DNA of 64,000 nucleotides, from the UHGV virus genome UHGV-1372088; one strand, written 5' to 3'. Below the pieces are notes generated by a model. It was not told the origin of the DNA. It worked only from the letters and a program-made list of their open reading frames with translations, and did not search any database. This document shows positions 36,717 to 47,077 of this stretch, piece by piece. Position numbers and translations under genes: made by a program. The DNA is from a virus. Numbering within the stretch: the first letter of the stretch is position 1; each line of letters begins with the position of its first letter.

Positions 36717-37609
36717 TGGACGTCACTATCACGAGGCATCTGCCTGAATCTTTCCCCAAGCACCTCGACTTTATGGAGCGGATCATCGTCACCAGAGGCA
36801 CGGTTGAGGACTGGCATTCACTGAAAGACCTTCACTACAAGACAGACGGTAAGCCGTTTGCGCCAAGTTATTACAAGGCGGAGTTGGATGGTCGGCTGAT
36901 CGGCGTGATGGTGATGGCATTTCCAAAACTGCTGCTGGCCCCGCGCCACCGCATGTTTCCCAAGCTGAAGCCGACCACCAATACGACGGTGGCTAATCAG
37001 TTCTGGGGGCGCAAGGTTAACTCCGAATTTGCGGTCGTCAGCCGTCTGGTTAACGACACGCAGTATCGCGGTCTGGGTCTGTCGTACCGGTTTATGAATC
37101 TGGCGTGTCGTATGCACAACCGCCCGATCCTCGAAATTCAGTCGTCCATGAGCAAATACAACCCATTTGCCATGAAAGCGGGTTTCCAGTTCATCAAACC
37201 AGAAAAGCCCAAGTCTTACGAAAGCGCTCTCAAAGTCTTTCAGCGCCATTTTCGCTCTGATCCTGGCGATAACGAGTCTGTGATGAAAGAACTCTTCACA
37301 ATGGCGGAGGGGCGCAGGAAACGCGCATTGCGAGACTTGGTTGCGGATTACCACAAAAATTCGAGTCTGGCGAAAGCTGGAAGGAACAGAGGCACGACTG
37401 TTCAGGACATTGCTGATTCGCTGGTGGATGAGGCGAGCATTGTGAAGCTGCTGAAAGAGATCCACACACTGAGCTTCACCAGTCCGCTGTATGGCGTGTA
37501 CCGAAACCCGGACTTTGGACGTGAGCTGCCCGACACACTGCCGCTTCTGGCATTTGATAACCAGCCGCTGGACGCGCCGCTGGACTTAACACTTTTGAAA
37601 GGACGCTGA
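36716..37609 (+). CDS. GNAT-like acetyltransferase domain protein (297 aa)
   Basis: Motif-A-like VVSRLVNDTQYRGLGLSYRFMN (R/Q-x-x-G-x-G/A). Confidence 0.35.
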   Translation: MDVTITRHLPESFPKHLDFMERIIVTRGTVEDWHSLKDLHYKTDGKPFAPSYYKAELDGRLIGVMVMAFPKLLLAPRHRMFPKLKPTTNTTVANQFWGRKVNSEFAVVSRLVNDTQYRGLGLSYRFMNLACRMHNRPILEIQSSMSKYNPFAMKAGFQFIKPEKPKSYESALKVFQRHFRSDPGDNESVMKELFTMAEGRRKRALRDLVADYHKNSSLAKAGRNRGTTVQDIADSLVDEASIVKLLKEIHTLSFTSPLYGVYRNPDFGRELPDTLPLLAFDNQPLDAPLDLTLLKGR

Positions 37610-37611
37610 AG

Positions 37612-37878
37612 ATGACCTTAACCGACAAACAAAAAGACATTATCAGAACACTGAGCTTGGGCCACGAAAGAGACGAGTTGCTTGATCTGGATGAGTTGCT
37701 TGAGTTGCTGCCCTACACAACAACCAAACAGAGCATTCAGTTTTCGATTCGTATCCTGATTAAGAAAGGTCTGGTCGAGAAGCATGGCATCCGTCAACGC
37801 GCGACGGACGGCCGCCAGCGTCGAGTTTTGGGGTTGACGGCTATCGGCCGAGCGAAAGTGAAGTTGATGCGGATCTAA
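37612..37878 (+). CDS. small winged-helix (MarR-like) DNA-binding protein (88 aa)
   Basis: IRILIKKGLVEKHG...GRQRRVLGLT looks like a recognition helix plus wing. Confidence 0.4.
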   Translation: MTLTDKQKDIIRTLSLGHERDELLDLDELLELLPYTTTKQSIQFSIRILIKKGLVEKHGIRQRATDGRQRRVLGLTAIGRAKVKLMRI

Positions 37879-38008
37879 CGTCGAACACCCCTATATGTTT
37901 TAAAGGATCTTAAAAGAAAGTTATTAAATATATACAGAGCTAGGTCTTTTTTATCGCGAAAACAGGATGTTTTAGGCGTAAAGGAACCATAAGGCTAAGG
38001 ATGGCAAG

Positions 38009-38641
38009 ATGAGTACCGAAGTAAAGAAAAAACTCACCCCAGCTCAATGGGTTGAAGTTGAAGTTAAATGGAAATCAGGTGAATACACCCTTTCGGCTCT
38101 GGAAGAAGAGTATGGGCTCAGAACCGAGACTTTCTCTCGTTACTTCAAGAAGAAAGGCATTTCCAAAGGCTCAGACTCTGTTTCGGACATGATCCGTGAG
38201 TCTTTGAAGTCCGATTCGGAACAGCGAGCGCTGGCGCGAGCAAAGCTGGTGGAGGACCGGAGAGACAGCTTCGATAAAATCTCCAACCAGATCGCCGGTT
38301 TGACCATGAAAGAGATTCACGCGGCCAGGAGTGAAAGTCGGCCGCTTTCGGTGATCGAGGATAACCTAAAGTCACTTCAACGCGCCTCAGCGATCATCGG
38401 CAAATGTTTCGACATCTCCAGTCGCGCTTTAGGTCTGGAACGAGAAGAAATGGCAGGCGATGAAATTCCGAATCTGGTCTTCGGTGAATTGACGCCGACG
38501 CAGGTTCAAGAGCTCAGGAAGATGGACGAAGGTAATTCTCTGTCTGACGATCTTGAAGAGCTCGAAGAGCTTGAGAAATCGCTCGGCGCAATCCCGGATG
38601 AGGACGACGAGAGTGAGGACGACGAGGAAGGGGAAGAGTAA
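38009..38641 (+). CDS. terminase small subunit (putative)
   Basis: N-terminal HTH-like region. Highly acidic C-terminal tail. Lies immediately upstream of TerL with an ATGG-type overlap. Confidence 0.55.
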   Translation: MSTEVKKKLTPAQWVEVEVKWKSGEYTLSALEEEYGLRTETFSRYFKKKGISKGSDSVSDMIRESLKSDSEQRALARAKLVEDRRDSFDKISNQIAGLTMKEIHAARSESRPLSVIEDNLKSLQRASAIIGKCFDISSRALGLEREEMAGDEIPNLVFGELTPTQVQELRKMDEGNSLSDDLEELEELEKSLGAIPDEDDESEDDEEGEE

Positions 38642-39897
38642 TGGCCCTTCCAAGTTCGTTAAGCCTGATTCAGCTGCATTCCGGGCAGATGAAGGTATTC
38701 AAGGCGCCGCACCGCTTTAAGGTGGTGTGTGCTGGTCGTCGTTGGGGGAAGTCGATGCTTTCCATCTCGATGATCATGCGAGCGGCGGCCAAGGACCGTA
38801 AGCAGCGAGTGTGGTACATCGCGCCATCCTACCAGATGGCGAGGCAGATCTTGTGGGACGCGCTGAATGAGGCGATACCGCGCAAGTGGATTATGAAAAA
38901 GAACGACACGACGATGACCATCGTGTTGAGGAACGGTAGCGAGATCTCGCTGAAGGGGGCGGATAAGCCCGACTCCCTGCGCGGTGTTGCATTGAACTTC
39001 GTCGTTCTCGATGAGTTTCAGGATATGAAGCCGGACACCTGGTACAAGGTACTTCGTCCGACGCTGTCCTCAACTCGCGGCGGTGCGCTCATCATCGGTA
39101 CGCCGAAAGGCTTCTCTGAGTTCCACAAGCTGTGGCAGATCGGTCAGGACGAGACGATGCAAGCGCGGGGCCAGTGGAAAAGCTGGCAGTTCGTGACGGC
39201 GGACTCTCCGTTCGTACCAGAGAGCGAAGTTGAAGCCGCGAAAAACGATATGGACCCGAAATCGTTCGCGCAGGAATACCTGGCGTCGTTCGAGAATATG
39301 TCCGGTCGTGTTTATTATCCGTTTGACCGTGATATCCACGTTAAGCCGCTGGCGTTCGACAGTCGTCTTCCAGTCTGGGTAGGTCAGGACTTCAACATCG
39401 ACCCAATGTCGTCTGTGATATTGCAGCCGCAGCCGAACGGGGATTTGTGGGCGATTGATGAGATCGTGCTGTTCTCTTCGAACACGGCAGAAGTCTGCGA
39501 TGAGCTGGAAAGACGCTACTGGCGGCAGAAGTCGCAAATTACCGTCTTCCCTGACCCGGCCGGTGCATATCGCCAGCACGCTCGCGGTGAATCGGATACC
39601 GACATTTTCAAAGAGAAAGGCTTTTTGAGAATCGATCACCCGAAAAAGCACCCGCCTATCGCTGACCGTGTGAACGCCGTAAACCGTCGTCTGATGACGG
39701 CATCCGGGGAGGTACGACTGTATATTGACCCGAAATGTAAGCACCTGATTGAGTCTCTGGAGAAGGTGATTTACAAGCCTGGCAGCCGTGATATCGATAA
39801 AACAGGCAATGTGGAGCACAGCGCCGACGCCCTGGGCTATCCGGTACACCGTAGATACCCGGTGAAAAATCGTGTTATTGTTGGCGGCAGTAGATAA
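38641..39897 (+). CDS. terminase large subunit
   Basis: Walker A VVCAGRRWGKS. Walker B VVLDEFQDM. C-terminal nuclease-like acidic residues. Sits upstream of the portal gene. Confidence 0.8.
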   Translation: MALPSSLSLIQLHSGQMKVFKAPHRFKVVCAGRRWGKSMLSISMIMRAAAKDRKQRVWYIAPSYQMARQILWDALNEAIPRKWIMKKNDTTMTIVLRNGSEISLKGADKPDSLRGVALNFVVLDEFQDMKPDTWYKVLRPTLSSTRGGALIIGTPKGFSEFHKLWQIGQDETMQARGQWKSWQFVTADSPFVPESEVEAAKNDMDPKSFAQEYLASFENMSGRVYYPFDRDIHVKPLAFDSRLPVWVGQDFNIDPMSSVILQPQPNGDLWAIDEIVLFSSNTAEVCDELERRYWRQKSQITVFPDPAGAYRQHARGESDTDIFKEKGFLRIDHPKKHPPIADRVNAVNRRLMTASGEVRLYIDPKCKHLIESLEKVIYKPGSRDIDKTGNVEHSADALGYPVHRRYPVKNRVIVGGSR

Positions 39898-39929
39898 GTA
39901 AACACATACATACATAGCAAGGATGCGAA

Positions 39930-41483
39930 ATGGGATTAACAAGTAAGGATATTCAGGCACTGGTGAAGCGCCGACACCCTGAATATGAATTGAGAAAGGC
40001 ACATTGGGACTTCATCGCCGCCACCTACGTCGGTGGCCGCGAGTGGTTCAAGCACAATATCTTCCGCTACTTCAAAGAAGGTGACGAAGAGTATCGCGAG
40101 CGCGTTGAACGTGCTTACCGCTTCAACCATTCGCGCGAAGTGGTCAATCTGATCAACAAATACCTCTTCAAAGAGGGGATCACCCGAACCGAGGATGATG
40201 CGCCGGAGGCAATTAAAAACTTCTGGCTGAAGGCAACACGCCAGGGCGTCACCATTGACGAGTTTATGGCGGAGCTGGACCTGCAATCATCCATCTACGG
40301 GCGGATTTGGATTGTTGTCGACAGCACATTGTCTGGTGACGTTGAGTCCGTGGCCGACCAGAAGAAGCAGAATGGTCGGGCATACGCTTATTGGGTTTCT
40401 CCGCAGCAGTTGCTCGACTGCGCGTATGACGACGACGGGCAGCTTATCTGGGCGCTTATCTGCGAAGTGGCGCGTGATGATGCAGATCCTTTCACATCGT
40501 CCGGCAAAGAGTTCCTGCGTTATCGTCTCTGGACCCGCGAGCAGTGGTATCTTTTCCGTGAGGAAGGTAAACGCGCTGGTGGATTGCCTAAAGTCGTTCT
40601 GGACGGCAGTGGCGATCATAATCTTGGCGTCGTGCCGGTCTTCCCGCTGGATTGTTCCGGGCAGGGTGAATCGCCGTACTTCAGCCCATCGCTGATTGAC
40701 GACATTGCGTATCTGGACCGGGCGGTAGCGAACTATCTGTCCAACCTTGATGCGATCATCCAGGACCAGACCTTCTCGCAGCTGGCCATACCGGTTCAGG
40801 CGATGTTGCCAGGCGATGAGAATCACGCAAAGGTGATGGAGATGGGGACCAAGCGCGTTTTCTCCTTTGACGGTGAGAATGGGGCGCAGCCGTTCTATCT
40901 GTCGCCAGATCCGAAGCAAGCCAGCATCATCATTCAGGCCATTCAGCAGATCATCAACGAAATCTACCATTCGGTGGGCGTCGCAGGTGAGCGCACCAAG
41001 CAGGATAATGCCGCCGGCATAGACAACTCTTCTGGCGCGGCGAAGATGTACGACTTCCAGCGCGTGAACTCGTTGCTGGTGGCGAAATCTGGCCGCCTGA
41101 AGCTGGCAGAAGCCCGTATGATTGAACTGGCGGCGAAATGGATGGGTGTTGGTGACATTGACACGGAACGGCTGCTGACATACCCGGAGAGCTTCGACAT
41201 TCGCGGTCTGACGGACGAGTTTGGCGTGGCGACCAATCTCCAGCTGCTGGGCGCACCGGATTCAGCCCGTCGTTACCAGATGGAGCTGTTGCTCGATAAG
41301 GTCTTCCCGAATCTGACCAAAGAGCGAAAAGCGGAAATCGACAGCGACCTGAAGAAGTACCCGCCGCAGCCGGTTGAGCCAGCACCAGCTGGCGGAGCGA
41401 AGAAGCCCGAGCCGACTACCTCTGCCACCAAGGAAGAGAGCGACAAGAAGGCCGAAAACGATAAGGTTCGCAAGAAAGATTAA
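39930..41483 (+). CDS. portal protein
   Basis: 517 aa, directly after TerL. Lys/Glu-rich C-terminal tail. Its position and size are typical of a portal. Confidence 0.7.
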   Translation: MGLTSKDIQALVKRRHPEYELRKAHWDFIAATYVGGREWFKHNIFRYFKEGDEEYRERVERAYRFNHSREVVNLINKYLFKEGITRTEDDAPEAIKNFWLKATRQGVTIDEFMAELDLQSSIYGRIWIVVDSTLSGDVESVADQKKQNGRAYAYWVSPQQLLDCAYDDDGQLIWALICEVARDDADPFTSSGKEFLRYRLWTREQWYLFREEGKRAGGLPKVVLDGSGDHNLGVVPVFPLDCSGQGESPYFSPSLIDDIAYLDRAVANYLSNLDAIIQDQTFSQLAIPVQAMLPGDENHAKVMEMGTKRVFSFDGENGAQPFYLSPDPKQASIIIQAIQQIINEIYHSVGVAGERTKQDNAAGIDNSSGAAKMYDFQRVNSLLVAKSGRLKLAEARMIELAAKWMGVGDIDTERLLTYPESFDIRGLTDEFGVATNLQLLGAPDSARRYQMELLLDKVFPNLTKERKAEIDSDLKKYPPQPVEPAPAGGAKKPEPTTSATKEESDKKAENDKVRKKD

Positions 41484-41489
41484 AAACAG

Positions 41490-41515
41490 CCCGTCTTTTG
41501 ACGGGTTTTTTATTT
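41490..41515 (+). terminator. rho-independent terminator
   Basis: CCCGTC-TTTT-GACGGG followed by TTTTTTATTTATTTT. Confidence 0.75.
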
Positions 41516-41674
41516 ATTTTCTTGCATTAGCCATTTTTATGTGATTCCATTACGCCATCGTATGTAAATGAATACATACTCCATCCGGTTCGAGAAACTG
41601 AACCAAGATAGCCTCAAGGATTGAGGGTTTGCCATCCGAGAAACTGGATAGCGGATAATACAAAAGGAATTGTT

Positions 41675-42550
41675 ATGCCTCTGTGGAAAATTCAACAACT
41701 GATGCACGGCTTTACCGGCTATATGGATGTAGCAGGGAAAGAGGAGCTGCCTGGCGGCGCTGGCGCCGATAAAGCGGAAGTTACCCCTGTAGAGCCTGGC
41801 CAGAAGAGCACCGATCATGCCGGTGAATTTGATAGCCTGTCTCAAGAAGAACTCATTGCTCGCCTGAAAGAAGAGCGTAAAAACTCTGCGGATCTGCTGA
41901 AGGAAAGCATGAAGCGCAAAGGTAACGAGCAGACTCTGAAAGAGAAGCTGGCTCAGTTTGGCGATGTCGATCCTGAACGTGTGAAAACGCTACTTCAGGC
42001 GGAAGCAGAGTCTGAAAAACAGCGTAAGGCTTCTGAAGAAGCTGAGCTGTTACGTCGCGGTGAGTTTGACGCGGTCAAAAAGCAAATGGTTGAAGCGCAT
42101 GACGCGGAAGTCGCAGACCTGCGAGCTCAACTCGAACTGGCCCAAAACGAAGCCAATTCACTGAAGCGCGGCCTGATTGAGAAAACCGTCGGCACCTCTT
42201 TCGGTGAATCCAATTTCTTGCGCGAAAAGGTTCTGATGACCCCGGCTAAAGCGCGAGTGATTTACGGTAGCCACTTTGAAGTTAATGAAGACGGTCAGGT
42301 TGTCGGTTATGACAAACCTGCTGGCGCGAAAGACCGCACCATCCTCGTTGACGGAAGCGGCAACCCTCTGAGCTTTGAACTGGCTATCGAGCGCGTATTA
42401 CGTGCAGATCCAGAGGCTGACGCTCTGCTGCGTAGCGAAGCGAAGCCTGGCGTTGGCTCTCAGACCAAAGCCACCACCAAAGTCACAACCGAAGCGCCTA
42501 AATCAGCACTGGATAAGCTGGCAATGGGCTTGGGTAAATTAGGTAAGTAA
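41675..42550 (+). CDS. scaffolding protein (putative)
   Basis: Start moved to MPLWKIQQ with SD AAGGAA. Charged, coiled-coil-like sequence. Lies between the portal and major capsid genes. Confidence 0.5.
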   Translation: MPLWKIQQLMHGFTGYMDVAGKEELPGGAGADKAEVTPVEPGQKSTDHAGEFDSLSQEELIARLKEERKNSADLLKESMKRKGNEQTLKEKLAQFGDVDPERVKTLLQAEAESEKQRKASEEAELLRRGEFDAVKKQMVEAHDAEVADLRAQLELAQNEANSLKRGLIEKTVGTSFGESNFLREKVLMTPAKARVIYGSHFEVNEDGQVVGYDKPAGAKDRTILVDGSGNPLSFELAIERVLRADPEADALLRSEAKPGVGSQTKATTKVTTEAPKSALDKLAMGLGKLGK

Positions 42551-42575
42551 TCTCTAAATATAAGGATATATTGAG

Positions 42576-43448
42576 ATGCCATTATTGCGGGAAGAAGCTG
42601 AAAAGCTGAGTAATAACGAACTTGAGCAGGGCGTTATCGAAACCATTATCGATCGCGAAGACCTGTTTGCGGTTCTGCCGTTCTTCAAAGTGAACAGCAA
42701 AGCCTATCTGTACAACCGTGAAGCAACCCTGTCCGAAGCCGGTTTCATCGACGTGAACGATGTGATCGCTGAAGGCGCAGCAACCTTCACCGAGCACACC
42801 GCGAAGCTGCGTATCATGGCTGGCGATGTGGACGTTGATAAGTTCCTGGCCTCCACTATGGCGGACACCAATAGCCAGATGGCTATTCAGATTTCTTCCA
42901 AAGTTAAAGGTCTGGCCCGCGCGTTCCGTCGTAACCTGATTCTGGGTGACGAAACCAAAGATCCGAAATCCTTCAATGGTATCGGCAAGCTGATGGCTGC
43001 TGACCAGGCGATCGCCGCCAATGCGTCCATGACCTTCTCCATGTTCGATGAACTGGTGGATGCGGTTAAAGACCTGGGCGCCGACTGTCTGATGATGCGC
43101 TCCGAGCACCTTCGTGCGTACCGCGCTCTGCTGCGTACCGTGAACGTCGGCCCGTCCGAAATCATGGTGGCCAACTTCGGTCGTCCGATGCTGACCCACA
43201 ACGGCGTTCCGATCATCATCAACGACTTCATCCCGGTTGTCGACGGCGCTGCTTCCATCTACGGTCTGCACATGTCCGAAGAGAACGGCCTGTCCGGTAT
43301 CTACGGCGGTGATAACGCTGGTATCGTTGTTGAGAATATCGGCACCGTTCAGAACAAAGACGCCATCCGTACCCGTGTTAAATGGTACTGCGGTCTGGTG
43401 AACAAGCACGACAAAGCGATCGCGGCGCTGACCGGCGTTAAGATTTAA
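42576..43448 (+). CDS. major capsid protein
   Basis: 290 aa, immediately after the scaffold-like gene, with SD AAGGA. A terminator follows. Confidence 0.65.
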   Translation: MPLLREEAEKLSNNELEQGVIETIIDREDLFAVLPFFKVNSKAYLYNREATLSEAGFIDVNDVIAEGAATFTEHTAKLRIMAGDVDVDKFLASTMADTNSQMAIQISSKVKGLARAFRRNLILGDETKDPKSFNGIGKLMAADQAIAANASMTFSMFDELVDAVKDLGADCLMMRSEHLRAYRALLRTVNVGPSEIMVANFGRPMLTHNGVPIIINDFIPVVDGAASIYGLHMSEENGLSGIYGGDNAGIVVENIGTVQNKDAIRTRVKWYCGLVNKHDKAIAALTGVKI

Positions 43449-43479
43449 TTGTCTGGTATGTAAATACATACATACCTAA

Positions 43480-43512
43480 AGGGGGTGGGCTTTCGCCCGC
43501 CCTTTTTTTTTT
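43480..43512 (+). terminator. rho-independent terminator
   Basis: GGGGGTGGGC-TTTC-GCCCGCCC followed by a 10-T run. Confidence 0.75.
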
Positions 43513-43532
43513 GAAGAAAACGGGAGAATCAA

Positions 43533-43976
43533 GTGCCAGAGCAAAAGATGCAGATCACGTCAGAACCTTTTGACGATTACACCGGGTCGATGTTTCGTAC
43601 ATCGTTCACCAACTCCATCTCAGACAGCCCAATGTCCGAGCGAGCCCAGGGCGCACTGAAGGCTTGTTTCAAGTCTAAGCCATACGTCGATGCAGCCGCT
43701 GTAATTCACGTCCAGAGCGTAACGGTTGCCCCGAAGACGGCGACTGTGGTGGTGGGTGATACGGTTCAGTTGGCAGGCTCTATTAAGCCTGATGACGCCA
43801 CCGACCGCTCTTACCATTGGGTTACTGAAGATTCCGGCATTGCGACCGTCGATGTGTCTGGCCTGGTGACGGGTATCGCTGAAGGCAGTGTGAAGATTCG
43901 TCTGGTAGCCAATGACGGCTCTGTATTCGGCGAAGCGGCTATCACCGTAAACAATCCAGAGACAGTCCAGGTTTAA
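43533..43976 (+). CDS. Ig-like (Big_2) domain protein, probable capsid decoration protein
   Basis: VTVAPKTATVVVGDTVQLAGSIKPDDATD...WVTEDSGIATVDVSGLVTGIAEGSVKI fits the Big_2 pattern. Confidence 0.5.
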   Translation: MPEQKMQITSEPFDDYTGSMFRTSFTNSISDSPMSERAQGALKACFKSKPYVDAAAVIHVQSVTVAPKTATVVVGDTVQLAGSIKPDDATDRSYHWVTEDSGIATVDVSGLVTGIAEGSVKIRLVANDGSVFGEAAITVNNPETVQV

Positions 43977-44017
43977 CCAAAAGGGCGTCATATGGCGCCC
44001 ATATTCAGGGATAGAAA

Positions 44018-44449
44018 ATGAAAAGTGCAAAAGTGAAGTTGCTGGAATCGACCTTTAAGGGATACACCGGTCTGCTTTGTGGCGTTCAGTTCGAAGATGG
44101 TGTTTCTGTCGAAGAGCTACCGTTTGTGGATCAGCAGCGTATCTGCGCGTCGATGCGTGCGGAAACCATCGAAGGGCGCAACGTGAGCGCGTCAGGGCAG
44201 TTCTCAGAGCGTCACAACGTCTCGCTTGAAGATGTGCTTGCCAACGAGCCCAAAGCGCCCGACGTCGCTCCTATGCAGCGTGGCGTGGTAGAGCCAGAAG
44301 TACCAAAGTTCACCCGCGAAGAGCTGGAGTCGCTGGCGGACGAGCAGGGGATCTCCGGTCTGCGTGTAGTCGGTAACCGCCTGGGCGTTAAAGCGAAGGG
44401 TATCGTTGAGATGATCGACGGCATCATGAAAGCACAAGGCGGCGTCTGA
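44018..44449 (+). CDS. head-associated hypothetical protein (143 aa)
   Basis: Position within the head module. Confidence 0.4.
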   Translation: MKSAKVKLLESTFKGYTGLLCGVQFEDGVSVEELPFVDQQRICASMRAETIEGRNVSASGQFSERHNVSLEDVLANEPKAPDVAPMQRGVVEPEVPKFTREELESLADEQGISGLRVVGNRLGVKAKGIVEMIDGIMKAQGGV

Positions 44450-45279
44450 TGGCTATGTTAGGGGCGTTCGAAAGCAACCAGACGGTCAATATGACCTTCT
44501 CTGTCGATATGCTGACGGTCGATACTCTGACCTACTCAGTGTTTGATAACGCAGGAAACACCTTGTTATCTGAACAACCCGCCACGCTGGATTCTGATTA
44601 CTCGGTTCAGGTGGCGATCCCGGCGGAAGTGAATCAAATCGGGGATGCGGACCGGGCATTACGTCGCGTGAAACTGAAGGCCACCACCGGAACCACTACG
44701 GTCGAGTTCGAAAATGTTTACGTCCTGTTGAACAACTTTGAACTGGCCGTTTTTGAGCAGTCCTTTGCCACGCTCGATGACGCGGCAATGTACGCTATCG
44801 ATATGGTTAAAGGTGATGTGATCCTGAATATGAGCCGGGTCCAGCTGCGTCGTTTGCTGATTGAAGCGACCGTCAGGCTGAAGCAGATGCCTTTCTCCAT
44901 CCGCCGCATCTTTGGCGTCGATTACGACGACTACGACCGACCGATGAACATGCTGAATGTTCATAACGTCTATTGGGGTCAGGAGGGCCAGTATCGTATG
45001 GACCTGATTGACTGGAGCAAAATGTCACCAGAGCTGTATGCAGGATTGCCGGATGATTTCAAGAAGACGTTGCTGGTGGCTACAGTCAACGAGGTTGCCG
45101 AGATTGCTTCAACCACCGATTCACAGTCCGCTCGTGATGAGGGCATCGTATCCGAGTCCATTGGGGAAACGACCATTGCTTATCGTCAGGGTAAGGCAGC
45201 GAATCTTACCGTCAATCGCACAACGTGGCGGCTGCTGGTGAAGTATCTCAATAACCGAACAGTTGTTCGTCGCTCGTAA
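44449..45279 (+). CDS. head-tail connector/adaptor candidate (276 aa)
   Basis: ATGG overlap with the upstream gene. Call based on position only. Confidence 0.35.
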   Translation: MAMLGAFESNQTVNMTFSVDMLTVDTLTYSVFDNAGNTLLSEQPATLDSDYSVQVAIPAEVNQIGDADRALRRVKLKATTGTTTVEFENVYVLLNNFELAVFEQSFATLDDAAMYAIDMVKGDVILNMSRVQLRRLLIEATVRLKQMPFSIRRIFGVDYDDYDRPMNMLNVHNVYWGQEGQYRMDLIDWSKMSPELYAGLPDDFKKTLLVATVNEVAEIASTTDSQSARDEGIVSESIGETTIAYRQGKAANLTVNRTTWRLLVKYLNNRTVVRRS

Positions 45280-45304
45280 TCGCAGGGAGGCGCAGGGAGG
45301 CGCA

Positions 45305-45652
45305 ATGAACGTAGCGTGGCAGTTGGAAGGCTCTCTTTACCGAAAGAGCAAAGAGCTGGATGTGTACGGGGAGTCGCAGTTGAGGTTTGTCGGCCGCATA
45401 AAGTTGGGCATGGTTCGTTTCGCCGATTCGGTCGAGAAGTCATCCGTCCGCGCGGATAGTTCGGCCAGCCGTGGAAAGGCGGAGCAGGAAGAGTTTGATG
45501 CGGTAATGGTCACGCCGCTCGAATCGAAGGTTCAGCAGGGCGACATTATGCTGGTGGATGGCGTGAAGCTGCGCGTCGACATGATCCACAAGCGATTCGG
45601 GTTACGAGGGAGGCCGGGTCATCTCGAAGTGGGAGCGTCAATATGGGTTTAG
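45305..45652 (+). CDS. head-tail joining protein candidate (start moved to MNVAWQ, SD GGAGG)
   Basis: Position only. Confidence 0.35.
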   Translation: MNVAWQLEGSLYRKSKELDVYGESQLRFVGRIKLGMVRFADSVEKSSVRADSSASRGKAEQEEFDAVMVTPLESKVQQGDIMLVDGVKLRVDMIHKRFGLRGRPGHLEVGASIWV

Positions 45653-46131
45653 AGTACAACGTAGGCAAGCTGGGCCGTCTGGCCGATCGCCTGACGAACT
45701 CCCAGAAAGCCTACAAGCGAAGCCTGATTAACGACATGACCAAGCTGGCCGTAACCGCGCAGAGGCTCGCAAGAGCCCTGGCGCCATACGAAACCGGATC
45801 GCTGGAGAACAGCATTTACGCGCGGGTTAACCGAAGCGACCTTGCCAGTCTGTCAATCGAGTTGGTTGTGATGAAAGACAGAGATAGGGTGGGTTCTCTA
45901 AATGGCGGCCGCCGGTACACTGGTGATGCAAAGGTCGGCGATTACGCAGAGTACATGGAGTCTGGCCGATACAGTCTGGGGGCTCGTTCCAGGCTTAAAC
46001 AGGGTGGGAATGCGCTTAGCAGGAAGGTTGGCCGACGTTTCATGGACAGGACTGCCGAGTTTATCCGAAATGAAATGAGGCGGATCATCGCCGACAGCGC
46101 ACAGAAGGCCGGCTTCGGCCGAAGGAGATAA
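45643..46131 (+). CDS. tail completion/neck protein candidate (162 aa)
   Basis: Overlapping start. Position only. Confidence 0.35.
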   Translation: MGLEYNVGKLGRLADRLTNSQKAYKRSLINDMTKLAVTAQRLARALAPYETGSLENSIYARVNRSDLASLSIELVVMKDRDRVGSLNGGRRYTGDAKVGDYAEYMESGRYSLGARSRLKQGGNALSRKVGRRFMDRTAEFIRNEMRRIIADSAQKAGFGRRR

Positions 46132-46132
46132 C

Positions 46133-46507
46133 GTGATCATAGAACAGTTCGCGACATTGCTGGAAAAGAAGGGTGTTGGCAAGGTGGGAAAGACCATCTT
46201 CGCTAATGCGATGGGGGCGGAGGTAAAGTCTGGCGTCATGGTGGTGACTACAGGCATTGAGATTGATGGGGATCTGCACGACTTCTATCAGGACAATATG
46301 ATTGTGGTAGTCCGGGACGCCAGTATCGGCGCTGCAATGAAGCGAGCTGACCTGATTATGGCCGCTTTGCCGATGTGGGATGAGGAAGAGGCCGGTGTTC
46401 GTTTTCGTTACGTCAGGCCGCTGAATTTGCCGACTTTATTCCCAAGGAACGATGCATCTCTGTTTGAGGTGGGAATTTCCGTTGAGTTTGCCGCCCATTT
46501 GTTGTAA
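46133..46507 (+). CDS. tail terminator candidate (gpU-like position)
   Basis: 124 aa, directly upstream of the tube gene. Confidence 0.35.
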   Translation: MIIEQFATLLEKKGVGKVGKTIFANAMGAEVKSGVMVVTTGIEIDGDLHDFYQDNMIVVVRDASIGAAMKRADLIMAALPMWDEEEAGVRFRYVRPLNLPTLFPRNDASLFEVGISVEFAAHLL

Positions 46508-46585
46508 TGGTTTTATAAGTATGTGTATACTTACCGTGCTTTAGATTAAGCACCCACAATTAAAGGTAAAAGGAGTTTACCGACA

Positions 46586-47077
46586 ATGGCTAATACCCAT
46601 GTAAAGAATATCAAGTTAGGCGCCTGTGCTGTTTCTTTCGGCGGCACCGATCTTGGCTACACCAAAGGCGGTGTTGAGGTAGAGATTTCCACCGAGACGC
46701 TGAAAGTCACCGTCGACCAGCAGGGCCAGACCACTCTGTCCGAGCTGGTTCAGGGTCGTAACGTCAAAGTTACCGTTCCGCTGGCCGAAAGCGTTCTGGA
46801 GAACATCGTCAACCTGATGCCTGGCTCTACCATTAGCACGGATAAGAAATCCATCTCCATCACCACCGCTCAGAGCGTGAATCTGATCGACGTGGCGCAG
46901 CAGCTGGTTCTTACCCCGCAGGATGGCACCGACTTCATTCTGACCCTGCCGAAAGCGGCCACCGCCGGCAACTTCACTATGGCGTATAAGTTCGATGACG
47001 TCCGCGTGTTCTCTGTCGAGTTCAATGCGTACCCGGATGACGCTGGTGTTTTGGGTAGCCTCACCAGCCCAAAGTAA
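46586..47077 (+). CDS. major tail tube protein (gpV N-domain-like, 163 aa)
   Basis: Position, size and strong SD (AAAGGAG). Followed in the -1 frame by a Big_2 domain, as in lambda gpV. Confidence 0.6.
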   Translation: MANTHVKNIKLGACAVSFGGTDLGYTKGGVEVEISTETLKVTVDQQGQTTLSELVQGRNVKVTVPLAESVLENIVNLMPGSTISTDKKSISITTAQSVNLIDVAQQLVLTPQDGTDFILTLPKAATAGNFTMAYKFDDVRVFSVEFNAYPDDAGVLGSLTSPK

